A stretch of DNA of 64,000 bases, from contig OY740790.1 in NCBI GenBank assembly GCA_963514005.1, positions 37,944,001 through 38,008,000 of the forward strand, in the 5' to 3' direction. The stretch is from Raja brachyura (Eukaryota). Made by a program: the position numbers and the translations under genes. Shown here one piece after another: positions 13,166-25,600 of the stretch; the first letter of the stretch is position 1; every line of letters begins with the position of its first letter. The notes under the pieces were generated by a model. That model was not told the origin of the DNA. It ran no database searches and saw only the letters and a list, made by a program, of their open reading frames with translations.

Positions 13166-16100
13166 GTGAGTGTAACCCTGGAATGAACATGCTATGCAAG
13201 GCAGTAGATTATTTTTAAAATGTGAGACTCATACATTGCATTTCATCAAATTAAGATTTTTATCAGAGATGCTGTTATAAATCATCCATCATTAGTGTAT
13301 TTCGACTTCACGACATAACACACATTTTGTAATAAGATTCGTTGCTATTGTGTGTCAGCCTCGTATATGAAATGTCTGGAATATGTTCTAATTCAGATAA
13401 ATAGCAAATGTGTTTTGAGTGTAGTTAAATAGAAATAAACGTATATGTTACAGTTTTGACTGCAGTCATTCTTCTATTGCACATTTACAACTGGGGAGAA
13501 AGTAAAAAAAAGTTTTGAAGACTTAACACTGAGCCATGTCAGAAATCTTGCATACACAATTGATGTGTACTGTGCCTATAGACCTCTCAGGCAAAGATTT
13601 TCCTTTGCCTTTCAGTCTGCAGTGGCCAATGTAAAACATTGCAACAATTTTCTGGATTGGGGGAAGAAGCAGTAAAACCTTTTAATTCAGGAACATTTTA
13701 ATTTCCCAAAATTGCAATTGTTCAATGACTCTTTCCTGAATATCTAAAATTTAATTCAGAGGTTGCAATATATCAGGAAGAAGTTAGTGTGTTACCCAGA
13801 ACTCTTCATATTCTAAGAATAAAGTTAACATTCCAGGCTGTTTCTCACTGTTGTTAATTTCCTGTAATCCTTTCCCCCCACAATAAGATTAGAATTAAAC
13901 CCTGACAGCAAATAGCCATTCTTCCAGTTCTCAGTCATTTAGTTTACAACAGAATTCATGTTGACTTTGACTCATAATATTCAGCTTTGTTTATCACGAA
14001 AAGAAAGTATGCTGGACAAATATATTTGATCCTTGATGTGAAAAACCTTTAGAATGCGATGGCCAGCAAAATATTCAGAGATTTCTGAGTGTTATATAAA
14101 CTGTCAAAGCATGCCTCGGCTGTGAGTTGTCAGGCCTGTTAGCTATGTACCAAAATACAATTTTAAATGAGTGGGAATAAAGGAAAAAGCAATTGTAAAA
14201 TAAAAAAATTAAATCCTTGTTACATTTCTGTTAATAATCCAAGATTATGCAGCAAATTTGATTTATTAATTAATCTGTGCAGCATCCATAGTGGCATGCG
14301 ACCATATTGCTCCGAGGTAGTTTTATTATTTTTTTGCGGGTGTTTTAGCTGTATCCATTATAATAGGTTTGATTGAACTTTATTAGAAATTGGGTTGGAC
14401 TAAAGGCTCCAATCAAATATATTACTGGGCCTCCATTTCAGCTTTCCTGCTCCAATTTAAGCACTTATTTTTCCAGTAAAACAGGCTTCAAAAGCCATGT
14501 TTCAAAGTTGCAGTTAAGCTCAAAGTCATAGTCACACGCACACCCATACCCACCCCACCCCCTCCCCACCAGCCACCCCCACATCACATCTGATACTTAA
14601 TCCATCATCTTTGTTTTCCCCAAACATCGTGCAAGCTGTTCTTGATGATGTTGGCATGGGTTTGAAACTGATGGTCCATCTGGATAGCGTGAATGTGGGC
14701 CAGGAAGAAAGAGAGATGAAGAGGGTGTGCGTGGAAGGACAGATAACACTCAGCTGTCGGAAGACCCTGCGGTACTGTCACAGTCTGGCTGCCAATGTGA
14801 TATTTGATGTTACAAACTTCTGTTTCATTAAAAATCGGAGACCTATTTGGTGTTTTAAAATTTAAAATAAGCATTGTTTGCCATGTTTTGGGAAAAGCAG
14901 CTTTATTTCCTTTATTGACACACCAATGTTTTCGGCAGTGGAATAAAGAGCATGAACTGCATGGTAGTGCGCATATTCAAATTTTAAACAGAACATTGTG
15001 TGTTGATATCCACAATCAAGCCTGATTTATAGTTTTGAATATGAAATGAAAACCATGTCTGCAAAACTGAAAAATTAACCTCAAGGAGAATCACATTTCC
15101 AGATAAATACACAGTTTTGCCATCAACATGGGCAGCGGCTTATGGACTCGCATTTCAGAGAAACCCTTTGAAAAAGTACATTTTTGTTGTTTCTATTAAT
15201 TTAATTTCGCAGTTGAATCTCATACAATATCTGACATTTTAAAAGCACCAAGGTTTTTTTTGTTACGTTGTAAAAGTGTTTGATAACTGTGCTAAAATAG
15301 GCTAAATGTTTCCATTTTGTTTAGCAGTAAAACAATAATTCCCAGTGAAGAGAGCATTGCGGAATAATTCCATTGAATTTAATAAAGAGCAAAATCTTTT
15401 GACTGAAATACATTATAAATTACTTTGATTGATCATGGTATTGGATTAACTGTTCCTCTTTTGCCCATTTTTTTGCAAATGCGCAGTCAGTCTATGCTTG
15501 TAAATCATAAGCTTAAGTTTCTGCAAGGCCTATTTGAAATGGAAGTGAACGGGTCCAGTTTTGCACGTACTTGTTATTCATAAACAAGCTGTGCCGAATA
15601 GTATGTTTATATTTCATTATCGAGACTGATGAATTGTTTCTTAACCCTTTTCATCCTGTCTTGGCCAGCAACTACGCCAAAGCTCTCATCCCTTTCAGTG
15701 GATCTGGGAACCTAGCCAACCGCTGTTTGTCTTCAAAGAACCCATTGATACTTACTAATGCGTCTTCCAAGACATGTTAGCAGATTTATAAATGGAGGTG
15801 TGTGCATTGACATCATGGTGCCTGCTCCTTGAGATTTTTGAAATTTAATTAAAAATTTTGGAAGGGAGATCTCATTGCAAAGCCTAGTGCTGTTGCTGAT
15901 CTTGTAATGTAGCATGAACTAACCCTGTTGACCAGCAACACTGTTTAAGGGAGCTGTCCCTTCAGCTTGGATTGCACTGAAGTTTGCTCACAGGGTAATA
16001 ACACCCCTTGAAATGGATTACAATTGGAAAATTATCAATCCATTAAGGATCTACTGATCGAATCGAAAATAAAAAAAATACTATAGTGATTGAGTACTAT

Positions 16101-17297
16101 TTTAAAATTTGTTGTGGATTGGGACTGGAACAATTTGTGATTTCCTTTTTGCTCAGCTCTGCCCCTCTATGGTGCCTCACCTATATGTTTTAACTTTGTT
16201 TCCAGTTACCATGTTAGTAATCATTGTGTCTTGAATGAGCTAATCTATTTTTAAACTTTGTTACTTCTGGGGTATATTACTCCCGAGGAAGTATATTATA
16301 AATGGCTTAGGCCTTATTTCATGTAATAATTCTTGTACAAATCAGAGTGGATCATTTTCATTTTTACACATTGCAACAATGACTACAGCTAAACAAACAT
16401 TTAACTGTCTGTAAAACTGAGAAGTCGCGAGATTATAAAAGATACTGTAAAATGCGGATCTTTCCTTTCTTCATATCAATCTGGCATACATTAAACTCCA
16501 AATCTTTGAGGTAGAAGGTGTATTTTTATATGATTACATTTGCCCAATCTTGTTATTTACAATTTTTTTTAATTGGCCATAGTTTGTGTTTGTTTATTTT
16601 ACTTGCTTTGAGGTCATTCAAGGAATAAGTGCAATTACCATTAGGTTTGAAGGATAATGTACTTTATTAAACACTATTGTTTGCTCAAAAAACTGTGATG
16701 AAATAGAGAAAAAGAAACGATAACTCAGAAAATAATTCCCTGCAATCCTTTTTGAATGCAAAGCCTGATACTCATTATAATTGAGCAACAATCTTTCACA
16801 AAAGTCCCGTCCATGCTGTTTTTGAATAAAAGTTAGAATGCTGTTCTTGCTCTTTCTTTGCTAAAATCGGTAAAGGCCATAATTTCTGCCCCAAGGGGAA
16901 TAAATGTGGTACTGTTTAGAATATTAGGGCTCAAAAGATTACTTGGGCTGCTTAACTATGGCTTTTTGTTATTTTTAAAATCAATTCCATCATGTGTGAC
17001 GGAGAACATATTCACACTTTGCAATGTTTGTTCCTGGTTGTGAATTTGTCCAAAGCATGAATTAGTCATAAGTGAAGTGATTTCCCATTTTTGTTTCTGC
17101 ATTTTTTTAAATCCATTTTTTAATATTTTAATTTAATCTCAGTTCATGTTATGTTGTGCATTGGTTCTCTGCCTACCGACCATTTGCCCCATTTCTCCAC
17201 GAGGACAACTGATCTTGCACTAACATCAATAAAACTGGCAAAGTTCAATTTTACAGGCCATTATGTGTTTCCTAAACACGAAGACATGGATTCTTCT

Positions 17298-17530
17298 AAG
17301 GTAGACACAAAATGCTGGAGTAACTCAGCGGGCCAGGCAGCACCTCTGGAGGGAAGGAATGGGTGATGTTTTGGGTCGAGACCCTTCTTCAGACTTCAGA
17401 AATCTGAAGAAGGGTCTCGTCCCGAAACATCACCAATACCTTCTCTCCAGAAATGCTGCCTGTCCTGCTGAGTTACTCCAGCATTTTTGTGTCTACCTTC
17501 AATTTAAACCAGCATCTGCAGTTCTTTCCT
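17298..17530. mobile_element. Head-to-head (palindromic) Penelope pLTR dimer with two hammerhead motifs and 16-bp TSD
   Basis: Minus arm 17298-17395 (no tail) and plus arm 17403-17530 (with tail); direct repeat agacatggattcttct at 17282-17297 and 17531-17546. Confidence 0.88.
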
Positions 17531-17733
17531 AGACATGGATTCTTCTGATGATTACATCTTCTTTCTAATGTCTTGCCCAGGCAAAACTCTAGAATGAGTG
17601 TTGGCATATCATCTTTAGATTGAATGTACAGTAGGCAAATCTGACCATCCACACCCATGCTGCACTTCTTTTGGGAGTGGAACTGCATCTAATCTCTGAT
17701 TCCTCCACCAGATATATAGAAATTAATTTGTAA

Positions 17734-18323
17734 AGGGCCTGTCCTACAAGCATGCAACTCTATGCGATGAACGCGATCAAACTAGAAGCGGGGGCCGCGC
17801 GGAGGTCGTGTGATCCCCTGTACAGGGCCGTTCCCACCAGCATGCGCCTGCATGTGGCAAGCGCAACCAAACCGGCAGTAGGGGCCACGCGGAGGTCGGG
17901 CGAGTGGCGCAACGTGGCGCAAAGTGAGGCGAACTTGGAGCGAAGTCTAAGGTAAGTTCGCCAGGACAGAGAGGGGCACACAGAGAGGGGCACAGAGGCA
18001 CACACACACAGAGGGCCACGGAGCCACGCACATAGAGGGTCATGGAGGCACCTACAGATAGGTTCACGGAGGCACGATGTCGGGGCGGTGTGTAATGCGT
18101 CGAGGCGACTGCGAGCCGACAAGCCGTTGCCGCACGGAATCTTTGGACATAGTCAGTTTTTCGGAGCCCCGCGCGGTGTTGGGACGAACTCGGGACGAAC
18201 TCCGCACAATTCCGCACGGCTCTGGCGATCGAAGTGGGACCGGCCCCGCGACGCCGGACGGCTCAAGCGACCACGTTAGGTCGAGCTAATCGCATAGAGT
18301 TGCATGCTTGTAGGACAGGCCCT
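17734..18323. mobile_element. PIF/Harbinger-type MITE, young
   Basis: 35-bp perfect TIR agggcctgtcctacaagcatgcaactctatgcgat; TAA TSD (17731-17733 and 18324-18326); GC/CpG-rich interior. Confidence 0.92.
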
Positions 18324-18329
18324 TAATTA

Positions 18330-18426
18330 TCGTGGCTGAGATAGGCAAACTCAGTGTTAAGCAGGTAATGAACCCAGGACCTTCCTGCTAGTACTACTCA
18401 ACTGCCAAAGCCAGCTGAGCCATTAG
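18330..18426 (-). mobile_element. Head of an ancient tRNA-derived SINE
   Basis: Reverse strand reads tggctcagctgg (A-box-like) ... ggtcctgggttcatt (B-box-like) ... ctgagtttgcctatctcagcc. A related remnant lies near 55320-55420. Confidence 0.5.
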
Positions 18427-19207
18427 AAGAGCATAAATATTTAATCTAGTCCTTATACAGTTTGTAAAAGGTGGAGACCCAGAGGAATTTTCAATCTCAT
18501 GAACCCAAGTCCCTGCTGGTCCTGTGATAAGTACAAATCAATGGCCTAGGGACTCCAACCTGTGGCCATCTGGTTAAAAAGCTAGATTTGAACTCTCAAA
18601 GCTACTGGGCTGCCCAAAGGGTATGAACAAATTTCATCTTCTTTGCCAGAAGTGGAATCGAGCATGATTTAAAAATGATTAATAAATCTTTAATTACCAC
18701 AAAGCGTATCAATTATTAACAGATTAATTGTACATAATTATGACTTATTCAGCATTGTAGCCACATAAACATGCTCACACTGTGCCAGAGCTGGAAAGCT
18801 TTCATTTGAGTGATGCATAGAAGTGTATGCTGCAATTCTAAGATATTTTAATGATTCTGAATAAATAAAATTAATTTGCCATGGGATTACTGTTGTCATG
18901 CAAGCAACTGCAGATGGATACACCATGCTTGGTGAAAGTAAGCTGGAATTGACTTAACATTTTTCAAAAACCATGACCCTTGTTCAGCACGAGCCAGAAA
19001 ATATCAATTCTCCCAGGTATCAATAGGTTTTATTTTATAAAAGCATAGCCTTTGTGGAAGAAAATGGCAGTTATTAAGGGGATGCAGGTGAGTTTCATAG
19101 ACACTTTGGGTTTGAATGGAGTAATCAAGCCCAAATAAAGTTTTATGACTATTTATAGTCAAATGAAATTCCTCACACCCCTCTTCCTTTTATGTGTGAA
19201 TCCTAAA

Positions 19208-19300
19208 ATGAATGAATGAATTAACAAGGAATTTGCCTTGGTGCGCCGCTCGTAAGTAACAACGACATACAGTAAACAATTAAGAATAAAACATAAAACA
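19208..19300 (-). mobile_element. Short LINE 3' tail ending in (ATTC)n
   Basis: (ATGA)3 run followed by 'acaaggaatttgccttggtg', resembling L2/Rex-type 3' termini in reverse. Confidence 0.4.
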
Positions 19301-22200
19301 TATTACTATATTGGCCCTTGAAACATAATGTTGTCAATTCAATTATCATGGCTAAGAAGAATCATGACAACACTTATGTTTTCTTGAGTAGAGGGCCAGT
19401 TTCTGTGGGAAACATCTGAAAAATATTCCATTAAAATGGGTTTGGTGATATCATGATATTTCTAAAACAGTTTTTCTGACCTGTGTTTTGCACAGTAGAT
19501 TCTAGCATGCCTACCCTGTTTATAAAACATTTTTGGGAAACATCACATAACATAATTGCTTTGTTGTTGGTCTGGTTCTCAAAAGTTTTTTTTTGCAAAC
19601 TGACATACACAAGGAGAAAGGGGTGGACAGTTCGTAGTTTTGTTTAATACTATTTTAAACCAAACCCGTTTCAAACTAGTATAACACTTATTCAGCAGTA
19701 ACCCAATCCATTAAAGCACGACTTTTATTCTTCCCAAAAATGTCCCCTCAATTCACTGTGGTACTATAAATATAATATTTTAGTACAGATAATCATACTC
19801 TATTCTGAAACTATGGTGAATATTGTCAGTTCCCAGTCTATGGGATAGAAAAAATCTCTGAAAGTTCATGTGTATTTTTAACAATATTGCAGCGTATGCT
19901 AATGGAAACCATTTTAAATAGCAGTGAAGAAACAAAGCCATTGTACTGTATTGACATATTGATGTAAAAAAGATTAACCTTGAAAGTTGATATACCCGAC
20001 TATAATAACAACTTAAGCCGTTGTTTTTCTTATATATAATGAGCTGGATTGTCGTACATTTGGCCCTGCCCAAACTTGACGCCTCTGGGTTCCTATTCGT
20101 CGACACTAACGCGATCCACATATGAGGGGTTGACTGAACTGAGCTTCCATCCCTGGATTCAACGAAACGGGCTGTGAGTGCCTCGACTATTGTCGGCACC
20201 AGTGGCCTTTTGATGCTTGCAGCTGTCAAAAGCCTTTAAACTATATATAAATGCCACTAATGAACAGAAAGTTTAAACAGAATTGAAAGAGACTGAAATA
20301 GTTGTCAAAAATATAACATTAAATCTAATTAAATTGTGAGAGATTTTAATTGACGACATTGAGATAAAGAGTGTTAAATAAATCACATGCTGATTCAAGG
20401 TCAGTGACTACATTCAAACAAATGAAGCAATGCGGTTTGTGCCTGCCTTGGTTCTGTATTAGTGATTTACTGCAAAATTAATCCCATGCATGCTCCATCC
20501 AATTTAATAATCACCTTAATAGATATAAACTTAAGTTATAAGCACTTAGAAAAATGTATTGCTTGCCTTCAAAAAAAAAGTTTGAAGATTTGCTCGGTTA
20601 ATTAGAAAATATTCTGTAATGAACATAGTGAGGAGTACCGATAGCCAACACAATCCATAGTATGTTGTTAACTGATATAAGCTGTTGTGATTAAAGAATT
20701 TGAGATCTTGCAATTACCTATATTATGGTGGACTATCATTATACATTGGCTAACAAAGATGAATAGTAGAGTCATTATTTTGATTGGCTTCTAAACAATT
20801 CAAAATATCTAAGCAGCAAGAAGCCATTTAAAATCATTTTGTGGCCCACTAATAATTCTTGATTTGGAATTTAACAGAATGCATTTGAAGGAATTTAAGG
20901 CTGTATTATCTTCCTTTGTCTGCTTCCATGGTCCTGTTTTTGGACCATCAAGAAGTGTCATTTAAAGCCTCATGTGAATGGCATTCTGTCGCTGTTTAAT
21001 AAATCGAGCTCTTATGTGGCATTTACTGCTGAAATTAAGGCAATTTTGATTCAATTTCAAACATTTGTTGCTGAAACGTTCGAGCCTTTTTCATTTCCAT
21101 CCTCCGATGAAAACTATCTGCTATTTGAAAAGTATCATCAATAGTTGACAAACTCTATTAGAAGGTTTTATGTTGTCAATGACTACAGGAGTAACCATTT
21201 TGCATGTGAAGATTAGGTGATGGTTGTTAAAATGGATGTTGTCATTTCATGAGTTTACGAAAGAGATAAATAGTTTATTTAAACAAAGAATCTCGATGCT
21301 TATCATTAAAATTTCCTCCAGCATAACGTTTTTCCCTGTATCCGTGCACATCTTCTTCTTGCGTATGCCGTGCACAGCCTAAAGTTGTAGGACAACTTGT
21401 TCTATTTGATCTTATTTGATTGTGCACGCCGGGCTGATTGCATTCGTCGAAACAGGGCGGACCACGTGAAGGTTGCAATCTTCCACCCCTCTGTGCACGT
21501 GATAATAATAAACCAATACGAATATTCATTTAATATTCTGCATGGTCATGGATTACTCCAGCTGGATCTGGTTTCAGACTTCTCTTGTGCCAAAGACAGG
21601 TAATGGAGCAGCTCTTAATGTAGTCTGAGTTAGCTGAAAACCAATGAGAACTGGTGGTTTATTACTATCTGAGCCTGAAACTGTCCATGGTTACTCAGTC
21701 AGTTTGTGAATGCATTCTTAATATATTTTAAAGAGTCTGGGTGTTTTGAACTGTTTGAACAATCTCTTCCACACCCCCCCCCCCCCCCTTTTTTTGAACT
21801 AGTAAACTTGAAATGTTATATCTTGGTGTGAAAAGGAACCATTAAGCCATGTATGAGGTGCAGCATGGGCATAATTATGTAATTGCAACATGTTGCCAGA
21901 TATTTAAACAATGACTACAGTGAATTTACTGTTTGAATGTGGTTTGTAACTGCGGTTAAAACAGTTCAAATACCCCAATTGGAATTAATTTAAAATATTG
22001 TAATTTTTTTTCTATTTAATCCCTTTTCTCAAAATAAAGCTTTACTGTTGTTATTAATTTGAGCTAAGGTTCCCATGTCACGTTAACATTAATTTCGTAG
22101 ATAGCTATAAGATATTAAGTAAGGTGAATCACTTCTGGGATGATCCCCGATCTGTGGAAAACTATTTTGGCTCAGCTCTGGTGGTATTAGGGACAAAATA

Positions 22201-23824
22201 CAGTGCCCTCCATAATGTTTGGGACAAAGACCCATCATTTATTTATTTGCCTCTGTACGCCACAATTTGAGATTTGTAATATAAAAAATCACATGTGGTT
22301 AAAGTGCACATTGTCAGAGTTTAATAAAGACCATTCTATTTTCATTTTGGTTTCACCATGTAGAAATTACATCAGTGTTTAAACATAGTCTCCCCATTCC
22401 TGGACAGCATAATGTTTAGGACACAGCAATGTCATGTGAATGAAAGTAATCATGTTTAGTATTTTGTTGCATATCCTTTGCATGTAATGACTGCTTGAAG
22501 TCTGCGATTCATGGACATCACCAATTACTGGATGTCTTCTCTGGTGATGCTTTGTCAGGCCTGTATTTCAGCCATCTTTTGCTTATGCTTGCTTTGGGGG
22601 CTAGTCCCCTTCAGTTTTCTCTTCAGCATATAAATGGCATGCTGAATTGGGTTCAGATCGGGTGATTGACATGGCCACTCAAGAATTGACCATTTTTAGC
22701 TTGGAAAAACTCCTTTGTTGCTTTAACAGTATGTTTGGGATCATTGTCTTGCTGTAGAATGAGTTTTGAGGCATTTGTTTGAACTTGAGTAGGTAGGATG
22801 TGTTTATACACTTCAGAATTAATTGTGCTACTACCATCAGCAGTTGTATCATCAATGAAGATAAGTGAACCACTACTTACAGCAGCCATACATGCCCAGG
22901 CCATAACACCCCACCACCGTGTTTCACAGATGAGGTGGTATGCTTTAGATCTTGGGCAGTTCCTTGTCTCCTCCATAATTTGCTCTTGCTATCACTCTGA
23001 TATAAGTTAATCTTCATCTCATCTGTCCACAAGACCTTTTTCCAGAACTACGGTTGCTCTTCTAAATACTCCTTGGCAAACTGTAACCCGGCCATCCTAT
23101 TTTTGCAGCTAACCAGTGGTTTGCATCTTGCAGTGTAGCCTCTGTATTTCTGTTCATGAAGTCTTCTGAGGACAGTGGTCATTGGCAAATCCTCACCTGA
23201 CTCCTGAAGAGTGTTTCTGATCTGTCGGACAGGTGTTTGGGGTTTTTTCTTTATTATAGAGATAATTCTTCTGTCATCAGCTGTGGAGGTCTTCCTTGGC
23301 CTGCCAGTCCCTTTGCAATTAGTAAGCTCATCAGTGCTCTCTTTCTTCTTAATGATGTTTCATACAGTTGATTTTGGTAAGCCTAAGGTTTGGCTGATGT
23401 ATCTAACAGTTTTATTCTTGTTTCTCACTCATAATGGCTTATTGGACTTTCATTGGCACAAATATGGTCCTCGTGCGGAGAAAAAGCAATAAAAGTTTCC
23501 AAAGGAGATGGAAAGACTGGAGAAAGACTAGGTGCTGAGAGCTCTCTTATACCTGCATTAATGAGCCAATTAAACACACATGAGCAATTACAAACGCCTG
23601 TGAAGTGTCCTAAACATTATGGTGCCCTGAAATGGGGGGGGGGGCTATGTATAAACACTGCTGTAATTTCTATATGGTGAAACCAAAATGTATAAAAATG
23701 GCCTTTATTAAAATCTGACAATGTGCACTTTAACCACATGTGATTTTTATTTCTATTACAAAACTCAAATTATGGCAAATAAATAAATGATGGGTCTTTG
23801 TCCTAAACATTATGGAATGCACTG
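22201..23824 (-). mobile_element. Tc1/mariner DNA transposon with IR/DR ends, near full length, decayed
   Basis: CAGTG...CACTG termini with TA on both sides; ~220-bp TIRs, each containing two 16-bp DRs (cataatgtttRggaca at 22211 and 22408; reverse copies at 23606 and 23799). Confidence 0.95.
22456..23453 (-). pseudogene. Tc1 DDE transposase pseudogene
   Basis: Fragments 'GRPRKTS', 'VMAWACMAA', 'QQDNDPKH', an 'SPDLNPI' motif and C-terminal 'RLQAVITCKGYATKY*', split by frameshifts and stops. Confidence 0.9.
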
Positions 23825-25127
23825 TAACATGCACCAGCATAACTGAAGTAGTTCATTAAAATATAACTAAGCCCTTACTGCTCATTGTAATCAAGCAGCG
23901 TCAGAACTGGATGCTTTTATACAGGCCCTTTTTCTGGATAGCTTGCAATATACTCCATTCTATTCCTTCACTAGACTTAATTCTGGCTTAAACAACCAAA
24001 GTTACACACACTGTTCCCGAATGAAAACAATAAACACGGGAGGTAAAAAGCAAGAAAAATTCAAGCAAGAAAAGCTGAGAGAAGGTACTATTAAATAACC
24101 TCGTTGAATTGCATCCTGAAACTGGCAAATACTGCAGCGGAGAGAATGGTGCTTACGGAAGTGGAGAGAGTGTCCATCAAATGCCTGCTTTGTCTTGATG
24201 GTGCACATTTCTAGGTTTTTTGGGGGGGGAACTGCAATCCTCCACCTTTCCAGGCAAGTACCAAAAAATGTTTTGTCATGAAGCTAGTTCATGGTGGAAA
24301 AGCTTTGGTGAAACAGAAGGTGAGCCAGTTGCAGCAGAATATTCAGCATCTAATTCACACTTATGGTAACATTATCCACTTGGCTACCCCACTAAAACAT
24401 TTGGTTTATAATGAGGTCCTAGGATGTTGATAGCAGGGGATTCAACAGCAGTAATGCTATTGAGTGTTAAAGGGTGTTGATTGGGCTCTTGTTTTTATGA
24501 TTATCTTTACCTGGTACTTGTTTGAATGAGTGTATTTATCTTTATCAGCTCACTTCTGATTATTGTTCCGCTCTTGTTTCAAGTGGGTATGGATGTGTCA
24601 TTATCTGACGAATCACAATAGATCCAAACACTGTAATGACTAGCAAAATGAGTACTTCCAAGCTTCTATTGGAGAGAGATTTTATGGTGAACCGTTTTAT
24701 GGTTGCTTGGCCAAGAACTTTGCCTTTGAAGAATTCTTGCTACGAGACTACAACATTTGAATCTTCTTCACTCAACATGCAAATAATGCACAGTACAATT
24801 GAGGGTTTCTTCTGTTATGGGGGCTTTTCCTCCATTAGGTATCAATATTATCAGAGACATGTATCAGTAGAAGGTAGATTGGCAAGGACAAGGTTAAGAT
24901 GGCTTTTCTCTTGTTATGATTCTTTAACCTTGTGCTAGACACCCACTTTGGTAGCAGTGAACTGCAGCAATCAATAGACTCTTTTGGTGTAGCTTTTGTG
25001 TGGAGGAAACATGAAGTAAGTCTTTGGTGTTTTTTCTACATCAGTTTTAACATGGAAGAGTCCTGACCATCACCTAGTCATCATTAGAGAGTTTACATGC
25101 CTGAGTTTGATCTGATGCCTTCACGGT

Positions 25128-25397
25128 GTTTAGTTTTAGTTGAGAGATACATCATGGAAACAGGCCCCTCCGCCTACCGAGACTGCGCAGAGCAGCAATC
25201 CCAGCACACTAACACTATCCCACACACATTAAGGACAATTTACAATTTTACCTGGCCAATTAGCCTATAAACCCATACCTTTGGAGTGTGGGGGAAAACT
25301 GGAGTACCCGGAAAAAAAATGCGCATGTCACAAGGAGAACGTACAAACTCTGTACAGACATACCTGTAGTCGGGGTGGAACCCGGGTCTCTGGCGCC
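25128..25397 (-). mobile_element. V-SINE (HE1-like), 5' part truncated
   Basis: Reverse V-domain 'ttggagtgtgggggaaaactggagtacccgga...gtcacaaggagaacgtacaaactc', B-box region 'gaacccgggtctctggcgc' and CR1-like tail 'atggaaacaggccc'. Confidence 0.8.
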
Positions 25398-25401
25398 CCG
25401 T

Positions 25402-25600
25402 CACACATTCCCTAGTTACTCACAAATTCTCCCGAGTTTTCCCCTTGATTCAAACTCGGAGATGCCAGCCGTAGGTACTCGGGGCTAATTTTTTTACTCG
25501 TGGATATTTTTCAACAAGCTGACTCCCGACTTACCTGATGCCCCGAGTACCTACGGCTGGCATTATGAGCCACTACGAAATATCTACGGACTCGCTACGG
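25402..25600. mobile_element. MITE-like fragment with a perfect internal 24-bp inverted repeat
   Basis: atgccagccgtaggtactcggggc (25462-25485) is the exact reverse complement of 25540-25563. It is CpG-rich; termini were not identified. Confidence 0.55.

Noticed and set aside
14611-14865. 84-aa ORF with protein-like composition
   Set aside because: Non-ATG start, no clear splice sites and no recognised homolog.
17752-18289. Several overlapping ORFs on both strands
   Set aside because: They lie within a GC-rich MITE, where few stop codons are expected, and show no transposase motifs.
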